A stretch of DNA of 62,773 nt, from IMG/VR virus record IMGVR_UViG_3300025168_000084, positions 1-62,773 of that record, one strand, 5' to 3'. Positions within the stretch are counted from its first letter, which is position 1, and every line of letters starts with the position of its first letter. The stretch is from a virus. Lineage: Duplodnaviria > Caudoviricetes. A program made the position numbers and the translations under genes. The notes under the pieces are model-generated. The model did not search any database. It was not told the DNA's origin and saw only the letters and a program-made list of their open reading frames with translations. Shown piece by piece: positions 1 through 10,690 of the stretch.

Positions 1-152
1 TGTAGCCCTTGAGGAACTAGATGCTTCAGATACAGCAGTCAATTCAATGACTATTCGTATTAGAGTAATCGGTTTCTAGACTAAGATCTAGTCATATTTT
101 TTTTCTTAATAATGTTTATATATGACCGATAATATCAATTATTATGACTTAT
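1..152. repeat. Terminal direct repeat, left copy (circular/terminally redundant assembly overlap)
   Basis: 1..152 matches 62622..62773 except at positions 17 (C/T) and 25 (T/A); positions 26-152 (127 bp) are identical. Confidence 0.97.
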
Positions 153-416
153 AGCAATCATAATGTAAAAGATGTATCTTCTGACGGTGCAGTAAAAGCA
201 GGTCATGGTGTAATAGTTTCAGTACATGTTGTAAAAGCAGGTGCTAGTGGAGACAAAGTAGTATTCCATAATGGTGATGCTAACTCAGATCCAGCAGAGT
301 TTACAGTATATGGTGAAGGAATTCAAAACATACAGGACATTATGAGAAGATTTGAAGACGGTATATTTGCAGAAGTTACAGGTACAACTGCAAAATATTT
401 AGTAGTATTCAAATAG
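144..416 (+). CDS. Small virion/head-associated protein (hypothetical)
   Basis: 90-aa beta-rich ORF between the capsid cluster and the head-tail adaptor; TTTATATA at 115 is 29 nt upstream of the ATG. Confidence 0.55.
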   Translation: MTYSNHNVKDVSSDGAVKAGHGVIVSVHVVKAGASGDKVVFHNGDANSDPAEFTVYGEGIQNIQDIMRRFEDGIFAEVTGTTAKYLVVFK

Positions 417-450
417 AATCTTTAAATATAAAGTAAACTTTATAACTCTT

Positions 451-1092
451 ATGGTAACAACCACAACTTACTGTTCAGTTAATGATATTATTGACTTTTT
501 AAGAGTGCCTATCACTTCCACAACCACTCCAAACAAAGAGATGGTTCGTAAGATTATTGCAAGAAAAGAGGAAGAATTTGACAGAAGGGTAGGTCATACT
601 TGGAAAACTAAGAAGATTACAAGAGAAGTTCACGACTTGCCTTTGCTATATACATTCGGATGGGGTACTCCATTGTTCTTACAACATAGAAATATATATC
701 AACTTGATTCATCACAGGGAGATAAAATAGAAATTTGGAAGGGAGAGAGTGATTCATGGGAAAATATCGTAGGTCAAGACCAATGGTATCATGGAGAATA
801 TGAGAGAGGAACATTGCACTTAAGAGGTTATTTATTCACTATTTTAAGAAAGAACAGAGTTAGAGTCACTTACAGATATGGTGGAGAAAACTTTGCAGGT
901 GATAGTGAAATACCATTAGATGTTGCAGATGCTGTAATAAAAATGGCTTCAATAGAGATAATGAACACATCATTCAGAATGGATGAACTTCCAAGTGGTG
1001 GAAGTGTTTCTCCTAGTGAGTCAAAGAAATATTGGCAAGAAGATATTGAAACTTGTATAAACAATCGTAGAGAAGTATTCGTTATTCCATAA
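451..1092 (+). CDS. Head-tail adaptor/connector protein
   Basis: N-terminal YCSVNDI...L, then VRVTYRYG and IPLDVADAVIKMA, typical of gp6/gp15-like adaptors; position after capsid genes. Confidence 0.75.
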   Translation: MVTTTTYCSVNDIIDFLRVPITSTTTPNKEMVRKIIARKEEEFDRRVGHTWKTKKITREVHDLPLLYTFGWGTPLFLQHRNIYQLDSSQGDKIEIWKGESDSWENIVGQDQWYHGEYERGTLHLRGYLFTILRKNRVRVTYRYGGENFAGDSEIPLDVADAVIKMASIEIMNTSFRMDELPSGGSVSPSESKKYWQEDIETCINNRREVFVIP

Positions 1093-1097
1093 TAGAA

Positions 1098-1781
1098 TTG
1101 GTTTGGGGAATTATAACTTCTTATTATAGAAGACTTAAAAACGCATTACAAAGAGAAAAAGGTCATTATGATGATAAAAATAAAAAAGTGATGCCACCTG
1201 CACCAAACGTTGAAGGATTTTCTGTATCAAAAGATGTAAATATGAAAGAAAGGGCTATAGCAATCGCTAGTGCTCAAACTGCTGGTGGTAGAGCTGAACG
1301 TATAGAACCATCTGATATTATTTTAAATTCACCAAGAGCATTACCCAAACCCACTAATGCATATGAAGATCTTACAGAACCTAGGGAAATAGCATATTAC
1401 CCTGCTGGAAGAAATTCATATGGTGGAGGAGGTCATGGATCAAAACCAAATATAGAAGCCATAAGACAATGGGTTTCAAATACAAAAGTAGCAACATCTT
1501 CAAATTTTATATTAAGTGAGGAATTTGGAGAAAAATCTGGTTTTGTGTACGGTAAGACTGGTAAAGAGTTAGAGAATGCAATAGATGAAATTGCATTTAA
1601 AGTAGCTAGAAAAATATGGTATGTTGGAAGAAAACCATCAACAATGAAGGATTTTGAATGGGATCAAGAAACTAGGCATATGCGACCAGCAGAAGGTTCT
1701 TTCTCAAAAAATGAAAAATGGGTTAATGGATTTCCTTATGGTGAAACTTATATGTATCGAAGTGGGTATCTAGATCAATGA
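1098..1781 (+). CDS. Putative neck/tail completion protein (HK97 gp10-like)
   Basis: PNIEAIRQWV...IAFKVARKI..GRKP resembles neck protein motifs; synteny. TTG start is uncertain. Confidence 0.5.
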   Translation: MVWGIITSYYRRLKNALQREKGHYDDKNKKVMPPAPNVEGFSVSKDVNMKERAIAIASAQTAGGRAERIEPSDIILNSPRALPKPTNAYEDLTEPREIAYYPAGRNSYGGGGHGSKPNIEAIRQWVSNTKVATSSNFILSEEFGEKSGFVYGKTGKELENAIDEIAFKVARKIWYVGRKPSTMKDFEWDQETRHMRPAEGSFSKNEKWVNGFPYGETYMYRSGYLDQ

Positions 1782-2194
1782 CTATTACAACATATGATGC
1801 AGTAGACGACATAATATCACTAATAAAGTCCAAATGGTCTAATTTAAGACCACCTACAATCTCAAAAGTATGGGATAAAAGAACTGTAGGATTTATAGAT
1901 GATAGAAGTGATCAGGTAATATTATCACCAAAAGGTGAAGATATACAGTACTTTGGTCTAGGTGGTAGTGCTTTTTGGCACAATCAGATAATAGAAATGG
2001 AAATAAGAACATATCAGGATATTGATAGACATAACTCAGTTGTAAAGGAAATAGTCAAAATTATCAAGGATAATATAACAGGTACTACTTATACTGATTT
2101 ACGAGTAATTGCTTCATTTAGTAAGAATTATGCATATCGTAACATGTATAGTTATGTTGTAACAATATCCTATAGAAAAGCAGATCCTTCTTAA
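1778..2194 (+). CDS. Putative tail terminator protein
   Basis: 138 aa directly before the tail tube gene; size and alpha/beta pattern fit. Confidence 0.55.
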   Translation: MTITTYDAVDDIISLIKSKWSNLRPPTISKVWDKRTVGFIDDRSDQVILSPKGEDIQYFGLGGSAFWHNQIIEMEIRTYQDIDRHNSVVKEIVKIIKDNITGTTYTDLRVIASFSKNYAYRNMYSYVVTISYRKADPS

Positions 2195-2228
2195 AAATCT
2201 TTATATACTAATAGAGAGACTATAAAAT

Positions 2229-3224
2229 ATGACAATATATACTGGTGCTAGTACTTCTTTAATGTATGGATATGAAACTGTATTTGGAACAGCACCAAGT
2301 GGTATTACTAATACTTTTGGTCTTAATCAAAAAGTAACAACTTTGTCATTAAACACAAGTAGATTTCAACTTAACAAATTAGGTCAAGTAGAACCAACTA
2401 AATATGGTTATGGTCAACAGTCAGGAAGTGTAGGCATTGGATTTGTACTTGACGATTCTCATTCACATAAAATATTTAAATCAATATATGGAACTGCTTC
2501 TGGTACTGCTCCATTCAAATACCCAGCAAATCTAGGTCAAGGGAATGCTCCAACTGGAGTCACAGGAAATTCAATTACAACACAAATCCAACTACAAGCT
2601 GGATCAGATAAACTAACCAGAACACTAAACGGATGTATCGTACAATCATTATCTTTGTCAACAAGTATTGGAGAACCAGTAAATGCTAGTTGTGATATGT
2701 CATTTGGTAAAGAAACAACTGCTGCTGTAAAAACAGCAAGTTCTACTATTACAGAACAAACATCAACATCTCCAGCAGTTGATCAAGGTGGTTCACCTTA
2801 TACATTTGCTCATGGTCTAGTAAAAGTACATAACGGTTCTTCATTAGTAGAAGTTGCAGAAGTTCAGGAATTTGACATAAATTTCTCACAAAATGCAGAA
2901 TTACTTTATGGATTAAACTCACATACAGCAGTTGATGCATATAGACGAGTGTTTGATATTAGTGGTAGATTTAGAGCAGCATTTAAAGATGAAAGAATGA
3001 TTCAGTATGTAATTGATCAATCTAGATCAGGTACAGAATTACTCACAGCAGCAGTAGGTATTGAACTAACATTTGTACAAGGAAATAAGTCAATTAAAAT
3101 AGAATTAAACGAATTATCAGTAGCAGATCATGGTACTTCTGGTATTGAACCAGCAGAACCAATATTTGAAGAAATTAACTGGTCATGTAAATCAGCAAGA
3201 ATAGAAGTAGATACATCTGCATAA
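2229..3224 (+). CDS. Major tail tube protein (siphovirus type)
   Basis: YGYETVFGTAP N-terminus, GCIVQSLSLS and ISGRF motifs; precedes chaperones and tape measure; no sheath gene present. Confidence 0.8.
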   Translation: MTIYTGASTSLMYGYETVFGTAPSGITNTFGLNQKVTTLSLNTSRFQLNKLGQVEPTKYGYGQQSGSVGIGFVLDDSHSHKIFKSIYGTASGTAPFKYPANLGQGNAPTGVTGNSITTQIQLQAGSDKLTRTLNGCIVQSLSLSTSIGEPVNASCDMSFGKETTAAVKTASSTITEQTSTSPAVDQGGSPYTFAHGLVKVHNGSSLVEVAEVQEFDINFSQNAELLYGLNSHTAVDAYRRVFDISGRFRAAFKDERMIQYVIDQSRSGTELLTAAVGIELTFVQGNKSIKIELNELSVADHGTSGIEPAEPIFEEINWSCKSARIEVDTSA

Positions 3225-3257
3225 ACCTTTATTAATTACCTTATATGTAAAATTTAC

Positions 3258-3671
3258 ATGGCATTAATACCTATAAAGATAACATATAATGACAAGGAAG
3301 ATACAGTAGAATTTGAGGATTCTTTGACATTTGGGGAGACAGAATCATTGATTAGTGGATCTGTTGATTTATCTGATATTAGTAAACCCAAGATTGATTT
3401 GTCAAAATATAGAATGAATTTACTAGTCCTTACAATTAAAAAAGCTCCATTTAAAATCGGGGATATAACTACAATAAAGATGTTGAATTCCAAAGTAGTA
3501 AAAGGTATGTTAAAGGAGATAACTAAGGTACACCCTTTAGCAACATATATAGAGGATTGGATGGAAACTTTCCAAAGTTACGAGGTGCAGAGCAGTTCAA
3601 ATACAGCATCTACTACAGTTGTGCCACCCAATTCGGATGGGACAAAGAAACAGTCGACAGGCAAGAAATAG
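3258..3671 (+). CDS. Tail assembly chaperone (gpG-like)
   Basis: Between tube and tape measure; contains the slippery heptamer C CCT TTA at 3533-3539. Confidence 0.75.
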   Translation: MALIPIKITYNDKEDTVEFEDSLTFGETESLISGSVDLSDISKPKIDLSKYRMNLLVLTIKKAPFKIGDITTIKMLNSKVVKGMLKEITKVHPLATYIEDWMETFQSYEVQSSSNTASTTVVPPNSDGTKKQSTGKK

Positions 3672-3775
3672 ATTATTTAGCCAAATTATTTGCCACTCAT
3701 AAATCACAGGTAGAAGAAGCAGAAAAGAAGAAATTAATGCCACCTCTGGGTAGAAATATTAGAAAAAACTTATAA
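3533..3775 (+). CDS. -1 frameshift extension of tail chaperone (gpGT-like)
   Basis: The -1 frame opens after TAA at 3524-3526 and runs from CCCTTTA to the stop at 3775 (…ATQFGWDKETVD…, typical of gpT-like segments). Confidence 0.7.
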   Translation, partial: PFSNIYRGLDGNFPKLRGAEQFKYSIYYSCATQFGWDKETVDRQEIDYLAKLFATHKSQVEEAEKKKLMPPLGRNIRKNL

Positions 3776-3800
3776 GTAAACAAGGTTCAGTTTATATATA

Positions 3801-6191
3801 ATGGGTGTGATTGAAGATTATGATGAAATGGAGGGAATGAAGAAGCTTGAAAAACAGATACAAAGATTAACTGATGTATTTTCAAAGCTTGGTGATAAGG
3901 TACAAACACAACAAATAATGCAACATGCCAAAATATATGCACAGAAGAAGAAAGGATTAGAATTAGATCAACAACATCATGATCTTAGAATGAAACAAAT
4001 TCAGGAACAGAAAAGATCAACAATAGAAGCATTTGCAGAACGTCAAAAAGAAATAAGACAAACAAAACTTTTAACAAAAAGTATGAAAGACCAAATATCA
4101 ACATATGATAAAGTCTTTAGAAGTTTAGGTGGGGGTGGTACTAGTATTGGAGGAGCATTTAACATGATGACTGGTAAATTAACTGCAATAGCCAAATCAT
4201 CAAAAGCTATGTTAGATTCTGAAAAAGCTTTTCAAAAGAAAAGAAAAGATACAGGTATATTTGATAAAGGTTTAAAGGATATAGTAAGAAATAATGAAAA
4301 ACAATTTAATATAGATACTTTTAATAGTAGAACTTTGAAATCAATGGCAGGTAGATTAAGTAAACTTGCTGAGTTTATGGAAAAAAATCAAGGTAAAATT
4401 TTAATAACTGCTGGTGTTGCTAGTGTTTTAATTGGTATAATAAGTAAGGCATTAAACGTAGCTCCTATGTTCCAAGCCATGTTTAAATTAATGCAACTTG
4501 CAGTTAATATGATTTTAATGCCAATAGGTACTTTTATTGGAGCTATGATAAAACCATTTATGATCATGGTTATTTCAACATTGGCTCCATTGTTCCAAGA
4601 TGCGATGCAAAAGGCGATGGAAGTAGGTGCTGCTGTAGGGAACTTTCTTACGAATCAAGGTTCATTTGCAGAAATTATTAATGCATTACTCAGTCTCAAT
4701 AATCCAAAAAATCCGACTAATAATCCTCTACCATTACCAGAAAGTGGTGTAGATAAAGTAATAGATCAAGCAACAGGTCTTCTTACTGGTACTGCTATTG
4801 TAGCATCTTCAATGTATGCTATAAAGAAAATTGCTCCAGTTATTGGAAATAAAGTTGGTAACTTCTTTGGTGTGAATAATGCTATTAGTGCTAAACTAGG
4901 TACTCCCAAAGCAGGTAGTAGTACTCCTATTTATAATAATCAAGGACAAGTTGTATCGAAAAACACACCAACTAATCCAAAAACAAATACATTAAAAAAT
5001 ATAGGAAAAGTAGCACTTCCTTTACTTTTAGTTGATTTGCTTTTTGGAAAAACATTAGAAAATTTCTTTAGCAAAGGTGTTAGAGATTTAACTGGTGCAA
5101 ATGACGATCATAACCTAGTATTTTCACAAGGTAACAATTTATCAGGAAGTGGATTAGGAATGAGAGATCAATTATGGAAATCTAAAGGTCAAACTTCAGC
5201 ATTTTCTGCTAACACACCAACATTTGAAGCAATGAATGCTCTTACTACTAAACTAGGTATTGGTAATAATTGGATGGAAGATCCAGAAAAAGTAAAACTA
5301 ATTGGTGAACATATGCAACTGGTAGAAGGTGTATGGAGAATTGGTGGTGCTGATATGGAAAAAGTTGGTGGAATATTAGAAGATATAGGTCAAGAAATTG
5401 CACCAATGGCAAAACAACACATGATTGAAATGACAAATCAATTCAAATTAATGGAAGGCATGGGATATAGTATGAGTAAAACTTTGTCAATCATAGCAGA
5501 TAATTTTGGAACGACAAGTGTACAAATAGAAGCAAGACTTAAACAAATGAATATAATAGGTACTAAAAAAACACCTAGTTACAAAGCACCAACTCCATCA
5601 TCATCATCTGCATATTCACCAGAAATAGATACGACTGGTAGTAGTGGTTTCTTTGGTGTTAATAATGCAATGGTAGCCAAATCTTTAGAAGTTCCTAAAA
5701 CATCATTACAGATTAGAAAAGAAGCAGCAGCCAAAGCAGCAATAGAAGAATTTGACAAAAGAAATCCTTCTACATCATATGATTCAATTTATGGTGGTAG
5801 TAATTCATTTAATGATGGTACAGATGGAAGTGGGAGAGGTTATACAATGGGATCATCATCTGCTGGTCAAAAAATATTAAATGCTGTAAATGCACAAAAA
5901 CAATTAGATCATTTGGCTTTAGTATCAAGTGGTCTTCTAGGTAATACTGTTAACAGTTCTAATGCCAATGGTGGTCAAATAAGTGAACCAGTATTTGGTA
6001 TAGGTAGATCAGGTAGAACATATTCATTTGGAGAACATGGAGCAGAAACAATCACACCTAATGGTCAAAGTGGTGGAGGAGGAATTACAATTAATATTGC
6101 TAGAATAGAAAAGAATGCCGACTTTGAACAGTTAAAACCTATGATTCAAAAATGGATATTGGAAGCAAACAGTAGAAGGGGTATGATATAA
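3801..6191 (+). CDS. Tail tape measure protein
   Basis: 796 aa; coiled-coil N-terminus, hydrophobic helical middle, C-terminal ANGG…FGEHGAETITP motif. Confidence 0.85.
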   Translation: MGVIEDYDEMEGMKKLEKQIQRLTDVFSKLGDKVQTQQIMQHAKIYAQKKKGLELDQQHHDLRMKQIQEQKRSTIEAFAERQKEIRQTKLLTKSMKDQISTYDKVFRSLGGGGTSIGGAFNMMTGKLTAIAKSSKAMLDSEKAFQKKRKDTGIFDKGLKDIVRNNEKQFNIDTFNSRTLKSMAGRLSKLAEFMEKNQGKILITAGVASVLIGIISKALNVAPMFQAMFKLMQLAVNMILMPIGTFIGAMIKPFMIMVISTLAPLFQDAMQKAMEVGAAVGNFLTNQGSFAEIINALLSLNNPKNPTNNPLPLPESGVDKVIDQATGLLTGTAIVASSMYAIKKIAPVIGNKVGNFFGVNNAISAKLGTPKAGSSTPIYNNQGQVVSKNTPTNPKTNTLKNIGKVALPLLLVDLLFGKTLENFFSKGVRDLTGANDDHNLVFSQGNNLSGSGLGMRDQLWKSKGQTSAFSANTPTFEAMNALTTKLGIGNNWMEDPEKVKLIGEHMQLVEGVWRIGGADMEKVGGILEDIGQEIAPMAKQHMIEMTNQFKLMEGMGYSMSKTLSIIADNFGTTSVQIEARLKQMNIIGTKKTPSYKAPTPSSSSAYSPEIDTTGSSGFFGVNNAMVAKSLEVPKTSLQIRKEAAAKAAIEEFDKRNPSTSYDSIYGGSNSFNDGTDGSGRGYTMGSSSAGQKILNAVNAQKQLDHLALVSSGLLGNTVNSSNANGGQISEPVFGIGRSGRTYSFGEHGAETITPNGQSGGGGITINIARIEKNADFEQLKPMIQKWILEANSRRGMI

Positions 6192-6192
6192 A

Positions 6193-6675
6193 ATGGGTAA
6201 TATAACAATAGAAAAATTAACAGGAAAAAATTCTCCACTAACATACAATGTAAGAAATCTTCAAAATCTAGATATTGTGTTAGAAACCCCTGCTTTGGTT
6301 TATGCAATACCTGAAAGTGAAGCAGCAGATGCAATAGGAATGAAAGTTGAAGGTAACACAATGTTAATCACTATATCATGGACATTGATAGATGATGATA
6401 CAACATTGGTGGATCAAAAGACAGGTGGTAATTCAATATTAACTGCTGATGATCAAATGTCATTTCTAATGGAAACATTTCAATCATCAAGTGTTAGTGA
6501 TAATTATAGATTTAGATTGTTTCCTAATAATAGTAATACTGCATTTTTTACACAAACAGGTATATTGACTAAAGCAGGTGCTACCAAAACTGCTTCTACT
6601 CCAGTAACTTATAATGCAACTGTTGTATTTGCAGTAGCAAACATGACAACTTCTGCTGATAATCAGGAGGAATAG
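6193..6675 (+). CDS. Putative distal tail (Dit-like) protein
   Basis: 160 aa immediately after the tape measure gene; call is from synteny. Confidence 0.5.
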   Translation: MGNITIEKLTGKNSPLTYNVRNLQNLDIVLETPALVYAIPESEAADAIGMKVEGNTMLITISWTLIDDDTTLVDQKTGGNSILTADDQMSFLMETFQSSSVSDNYRFRLFPNNSNTAFFTQTGILTKAGATKTASTPVTYNATVVFAVANMTTSADNQEE

Positions 6676-6677
6676 AT

Positions 6678-8693
6678 ATGCCTACTGTTGCAGTTTTCAT
6701 AGAGGATGTGAAAAAATCATTTATAAAGACAACTATAATTAAAGAAGGTGATAGGGCAATAGATGAAGCTGATATTGAACTTCCACCAACTGTTGATATT
6801 AATAATAATAATAAAGTAATAATAATACAGGATATGGTTCCACTTGATAATTTATCTGCAATATATAATTTCAATGAAACAGTAACAGATGAAAGTGGTC
6901 ATTTGAATAACCCAACTGCATCAGCAGGTTTAACATATTTAGACGGACAATGGCAAGGCAAGGCATTATCATTCAATGGCACTAGTACATATTTTGAAGT
7001 TAATGATAAGGCAAATCTTAATTTTAGTGGAGAGTTTGAAGTTTTTATTTGGGCAAATTGGGGTGTTCAATCTAAAAAATACTTGCTTACAAAAAGAACA
7101 ACTTCAAGCAATGGATTAGGAATAAGTGTAAATCATACTACTGCTGGAGATATAGCATTGGAACTTGGTGGAACTACATTAGTATCATCATCTGCTGGAT
7201 TTAATGACGGTAACAATCACTTGATAAGAGTTACAAGAGATTCATTAAACTTGGTAACATTATATGTGGACAAGGTATCAAAAGGTACTGCTACAATATC
7301 TCATAATTTAACAACAAGTGGTAAATTAAGAGTTGGTAGAGATGAAGCAAACACATATTTTACAGGATCACTGGATTCAGTAAGGTTATACAAAGGAACA
7401 CCATTAGAAACAAGATTTGGAGAAAAAATATACAATATTAGAAATCCAAGAACTGTAATGAAATTTGGTGGTAAGGTTACAAAAATAAAAAAAGAAACAA
7501 TTAAAAAAACTGTTAAATGTTTTAGTTTTGGTAAAGAGTTGGGAGAAATAGAAATAAGAGGTGATGTTTTTGATAATCAAACACCAGAAGCAATCATTGA
7601 ATCATTAATTACAAATAACACTACATTAACATTTAGTAGAAAAGGAGCTTTGTCAGGAATGACATTAAAAAATTATGTTGCAGTTGGTAAACTGATAGAT
7701 ATTCTTAGAGATTTCACATCATTGACTGGTCATATATTTTATACAAATGGTAACAAGGAATTCATATTAGAACCTGAAAAACATACAAATATAAATTTTA
7801 TATTTGAACACGGAGTTAATTGTATAGCAGAAAAATCACAGTTTGATGATACTGAATTGGTTAATGATTTGATTATATTAGGAGAAAACTCTAGATATAC
7901 TACTGTTGACACATTTACTGGTGATGGAAGTAATAAGGTTTTTACTTTGAATGATGGTGCTACTAACGTAAAAGTCACTGTTGCTGGTTCTGAACAAACA
8001 CCAGAAGAAGATTATGAAGTTGATAGAATTTCAGATAAAATAACATTTACTACTGCTCCAGCTAATAATGCTGCAGTAGCTGTTGATTATGAATATGAAA
8101 AACCTTTGTACATAAGAGCCACTAATTCAGAGAGTATTGCAGAACATGGTGTTCATGCTAAGAAACTAATCATGCCTTGGATTAGAAATAGGTTTGATGG
8201 TATTAGATTTGTCCAGTCATATATTAACAGATATAAGGATATTAGAATCAATATAGAAGTAGAAGTACCAACACTGTTTAATTCTATAGCAGAAAATGAT
8301 ATTGTACATTTGAAAAATTCTATTAAAAATATTGATGATGACTTTGTAGTAAAAAGCATAATATGGGAATATCCACAATCTTTAACAACACTTAATTTAG
8401 GAGAGTATAACTTTGACTTTTTAGAAATTGATAAACAAATAACTCAAAAAATACATGATTTGGAAGATGCCATGACTACGAATAAAGCCATACAAGAATT
8501 TGAGTCTCCACAAGAAACTCTTGTAATTAATGATACGGTAATACAGATTGTTCATGCAGATTTTACAGAAACCTTAAATATTGCTCATCCAACAGTTATA
8601 ATAGATAAAAATGACAATAATTATGGAACTGGAACATATGGATCTAGAGGAGCACCACTTAAACAAACAGGAAGTGTATATGTAAGTGGCTGA
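6678..8693 (+). CDS. Tail tip/baseplate hub protein with inserted LamG-like lectin domain
   Basis: YNFNE…GKALSFNG…FTGSLDSVRLY LamG signature inserted in a hub-like protein; FTGDGSNKVFTL…ITFTTAPA domain further on. Confidence 0.7.
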   Translation: MPTVAVFIEDVKKSFIKTTIIKEGDRAIDEADIELPPTVDINNNNKVIIIQDMVPLDNLSAIYNFNETVTDESGHLNNPTASAGLTYLDGQWQGKALSFNGTSTYFEVNDKANLNFSGEFEVFIWANWGVQSKKYLLTKRTTSSNGLGISVNHTTAGDIALELGGTTLVSSSAGFNDGNNHLIRVTRDSLNLVTLYVDKVSKGTATISHNLTTSGKLRVGRDEANTYFTGSLDSVRLYKGTPLETRFGEKIYNIRNPRTVMKFGGKVTKIKKETIKKTVKCFSFGKELGEIEIRGDVFDNQTPEAIIESLITNNTTLTFSRKGALSGMTLKNYVAVGKLIDILRDFTSLTGHIFYTNGNKEFILEPEKHTNINFIFEHGVNCIAEKSQFDDTELVNDLIILGENSRYTTVDTFTGDGSNKVFTLNDGATNVKVTVAGSEQTPEEDYEVDRISDKITFTTAPANNAAVAVDYEYEKPLYIRATNSESIAEHGVHAKKLIMPWIRNRFDGIRFVQSYINRYKDIRINIEVEVPTLFNSIAENDIVHLKNSIKNIDDDFVVKSIIWEYPQSLTTLNLGEYNFDFLEIDKQITQKIHDLEDAMTTNKAIQEFESPQETLVINDTVIQIVHADFTETLNIAHPTVIIDKNDNNYGTGTYGSRGAPLKQTGSVYVSG

Positions 8694-9147
8694 TATATTA
8701 GTTCCTCTTAACGGTCACGTTAGAATCAGAGCATGGGAAAAACAACCAGATGGTACTGAAAAAGAAGTTTATGATAAAACAATCAAAAATCTTATTGTAG
8801 ATGCAGGTAAAATATCAATATTGAAATATCTTGGTAATATTACAGGTGGTGGATATGCTAATCAGGTAGGCGTAGGTGACTCTACTACTGCTGCTGCTAG
8901 TGGTCAAACAGATTTACAGTCATCAAGTAATAAGTATTGGAAAAATATAGCTACTGCTGACAGAGTAATTCTTACCACAACAGTATATTTATCCGTAGAT
9001 TTTGGATATACAGAAGGTAATTACACATGGAATGAATTAGGTCTAAGAGATAATAACAGCGTTATGTTTGCTAGACAGATAGATGATACACCATTTGTTA
9101 AAACCTCATCAAAAAGAGCAATAGTTGAATGGCAGTTGAGTCTCTAG
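8686..9147 (+). CDS. Tail tip structural protein (paralog of 10691..11239)
   Basis: KNLIVDAG…GVGDSTTAAA..QTDL…ELGL…FAR….FVKTS pattern shared with 10691..11239. Confidence 0.6.
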   Translation: MADILVPLNGHVRIRAWEKQPDGTEKEVYDKTIKNLIVDAGKISILKYLGNITGGGYANQVGVGDSTTAAASGQTDLQSSSNKYWKNIATADRVILTTTVYLSVDFGYTEGNYTWNELGLRDNNSVMFARQIDDTPFVKTSSKRAIVEWQLSL

Positions 9148-10638
9148 ATGGCAAAGATATTAATTCCTCGTAGTGATAGTGTAAGTGTAAAAATCATAGA
9201 ACCTAGTGATTTTGAAGCTTTTTTTAGTGATGATATAATCAATGACTATGTAAAAAGTGGATTTGCACTTACAGCAGGCACAGGCTTATCTGTAAATATA
9301 GCAACAGGACTAGCTAGACTCAAAGGATTGTTTATCAATAATTCAACTTCTTCATCAAAAGGCAGTCTTACAGCAAATGATGAAAATTATATTTATATAA
9401 CCTTAGCAAGAGATTCCAATAGTGAAGCTGAATCATGGAGTTTTACATCAAATTTAACTGGTACAACTCCTACAGATTCTCTATTCATAGGTACTGCAAC
9501 AACTAACGGTTCTGGTGTAACATCAACAAATATTACTGCAAGAGAAACAAGAGTAATACCACTTAATAGTATTGATGAATCAACATTAAAAATTTCTAAT
9601 TCACCTACAAATGGTTTCTATTTAGAGGCTCAGTCAGGTAATACAGGTGGAATGACTTGGAGAAATGATAATTTTGGTAATGCAAGTCTTGGTGATGTTA
9701 CAATATCAAGTAATACAACACTTGCTAATTCAGCTAATATTGGACAGTATAAGAATCTTACAATAGATGCCACTAAAATATTAACTTGTGGAACTGGAAG
9801 TGTTGCACAAAAATGGATATTGTTTGCAACTGAAAGTATAACATTAAATGGTACTATTAATTTAGACGGTAGAGGTGGTCTTGGTGGTACTGGTGGTACT
9901 GGTGGTGCAACAACTGGTTCGGCAGTTTCTGGTGTTGGTGCTACTGCAAATCAAGGTGGTGATGGTGGTACTAGTTCGCCTTCTTATAATGAAATTGGTC
10001 ATATTGGAGTACAAGCAGGTGGTGGATCAGGAGGTGCAGGTCATGCATCAACAGTAGGTTCAAATCACGCAGGTGGTGCAGGTGGTGCTGCTGGATCTAG
10101 TGGAGGATCACCATCACAAATTTTAGATTACACAGATGATTCAAATTATCAATCAATAAGACTAGTTTTTAATCAACTAGCCCATTGGGGAGCTGGAGGT
10201 AACGGTGGAGTTGGTGGAGGATCTGGTGGAGGTGGTGGATCTCACGGATCATATGGTGGGACTGGTGGATATGGTGGAAATGGAGGAGATGGAGGTAACG
10301 GTGGAGGTTCAATTATTCTTGTAGCACCTACAATCACATTTGGTACTAATGCATCAATTACTTGTCTAGGAGTAGCTGGTGATAACGGATTAAACGGTGG
10401 AGTTGGTGGAAATAGTGGAGGTGCAGGTGGAACTGGTGGATCATCAGGTGGAGCTGCAACTAATGGTGCAAATGCAACAAATGGTGGTAATGGTGCTGGA
10501 GGTGGTGGAGGTGGAGGTGGAGCCGTAGGGGAGAATGGAAAAAATGGATTTGTTGGTATAATTGGTTATACTATTCCTAGTCAATCTGATTTAAATTCTA
10601 AAAGTAGTGCTAGTAAAAAATTACGACTAGTATTATAA
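9148..10638 (+). CDS. Glycine-rich tail fibre/adhesin
   Basis: N-terminal fibre-attachment region (GLSVNIATGLA), then FGNASLGDVTISSNTTL and long GGxGG tracts. Confidence 0.7.
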   Translation: MAKILIPRSDSVSVKIIEPSDFEAFFSDDIINDYVKSGFALTAGTGLSVNIATGLARLKGLFINNSTSSSKGSLTANDENYIYITLARDSNSEAESWSFTSNLTGTTPTDSLFIGTATTNGSGVTSTNITARETRVIPLNSIDESTLKISNSPTNGFYLEAQSGNTGGMTWRNDNFGNASLGDVTISSNTTLANSANIGQYKNLTIDATKILTCGTGSVAQKWILFATESITLNGTINLDGRGGLGGTGGTGGATTGSAVSGVGATANQGGDGGTSSPSYNEIGHIGVQAGGGSGGAGHASTVGSNHAGGAGGAAGSSGGSPSQILDYTDDSNYQSIRLVFNQLAHWGAGGNGGVGGGSGGGGGSHGSYGGTGGYGGNGGDGGNGGGSIILVAPTITFGTNASITCLGVAGDNGLNGGVGGNSGGAGGTGGSSGGAATNGANATNGGNGAGGGGGGGGAVGENGKNGFVGIIGYTIPSQSDLNSKSSASKKLRLVL

Positions 10639-10690
10639 TAATATAGTAATGAATATCTTTAAATACTAATACAATATTATATTAAGTATA

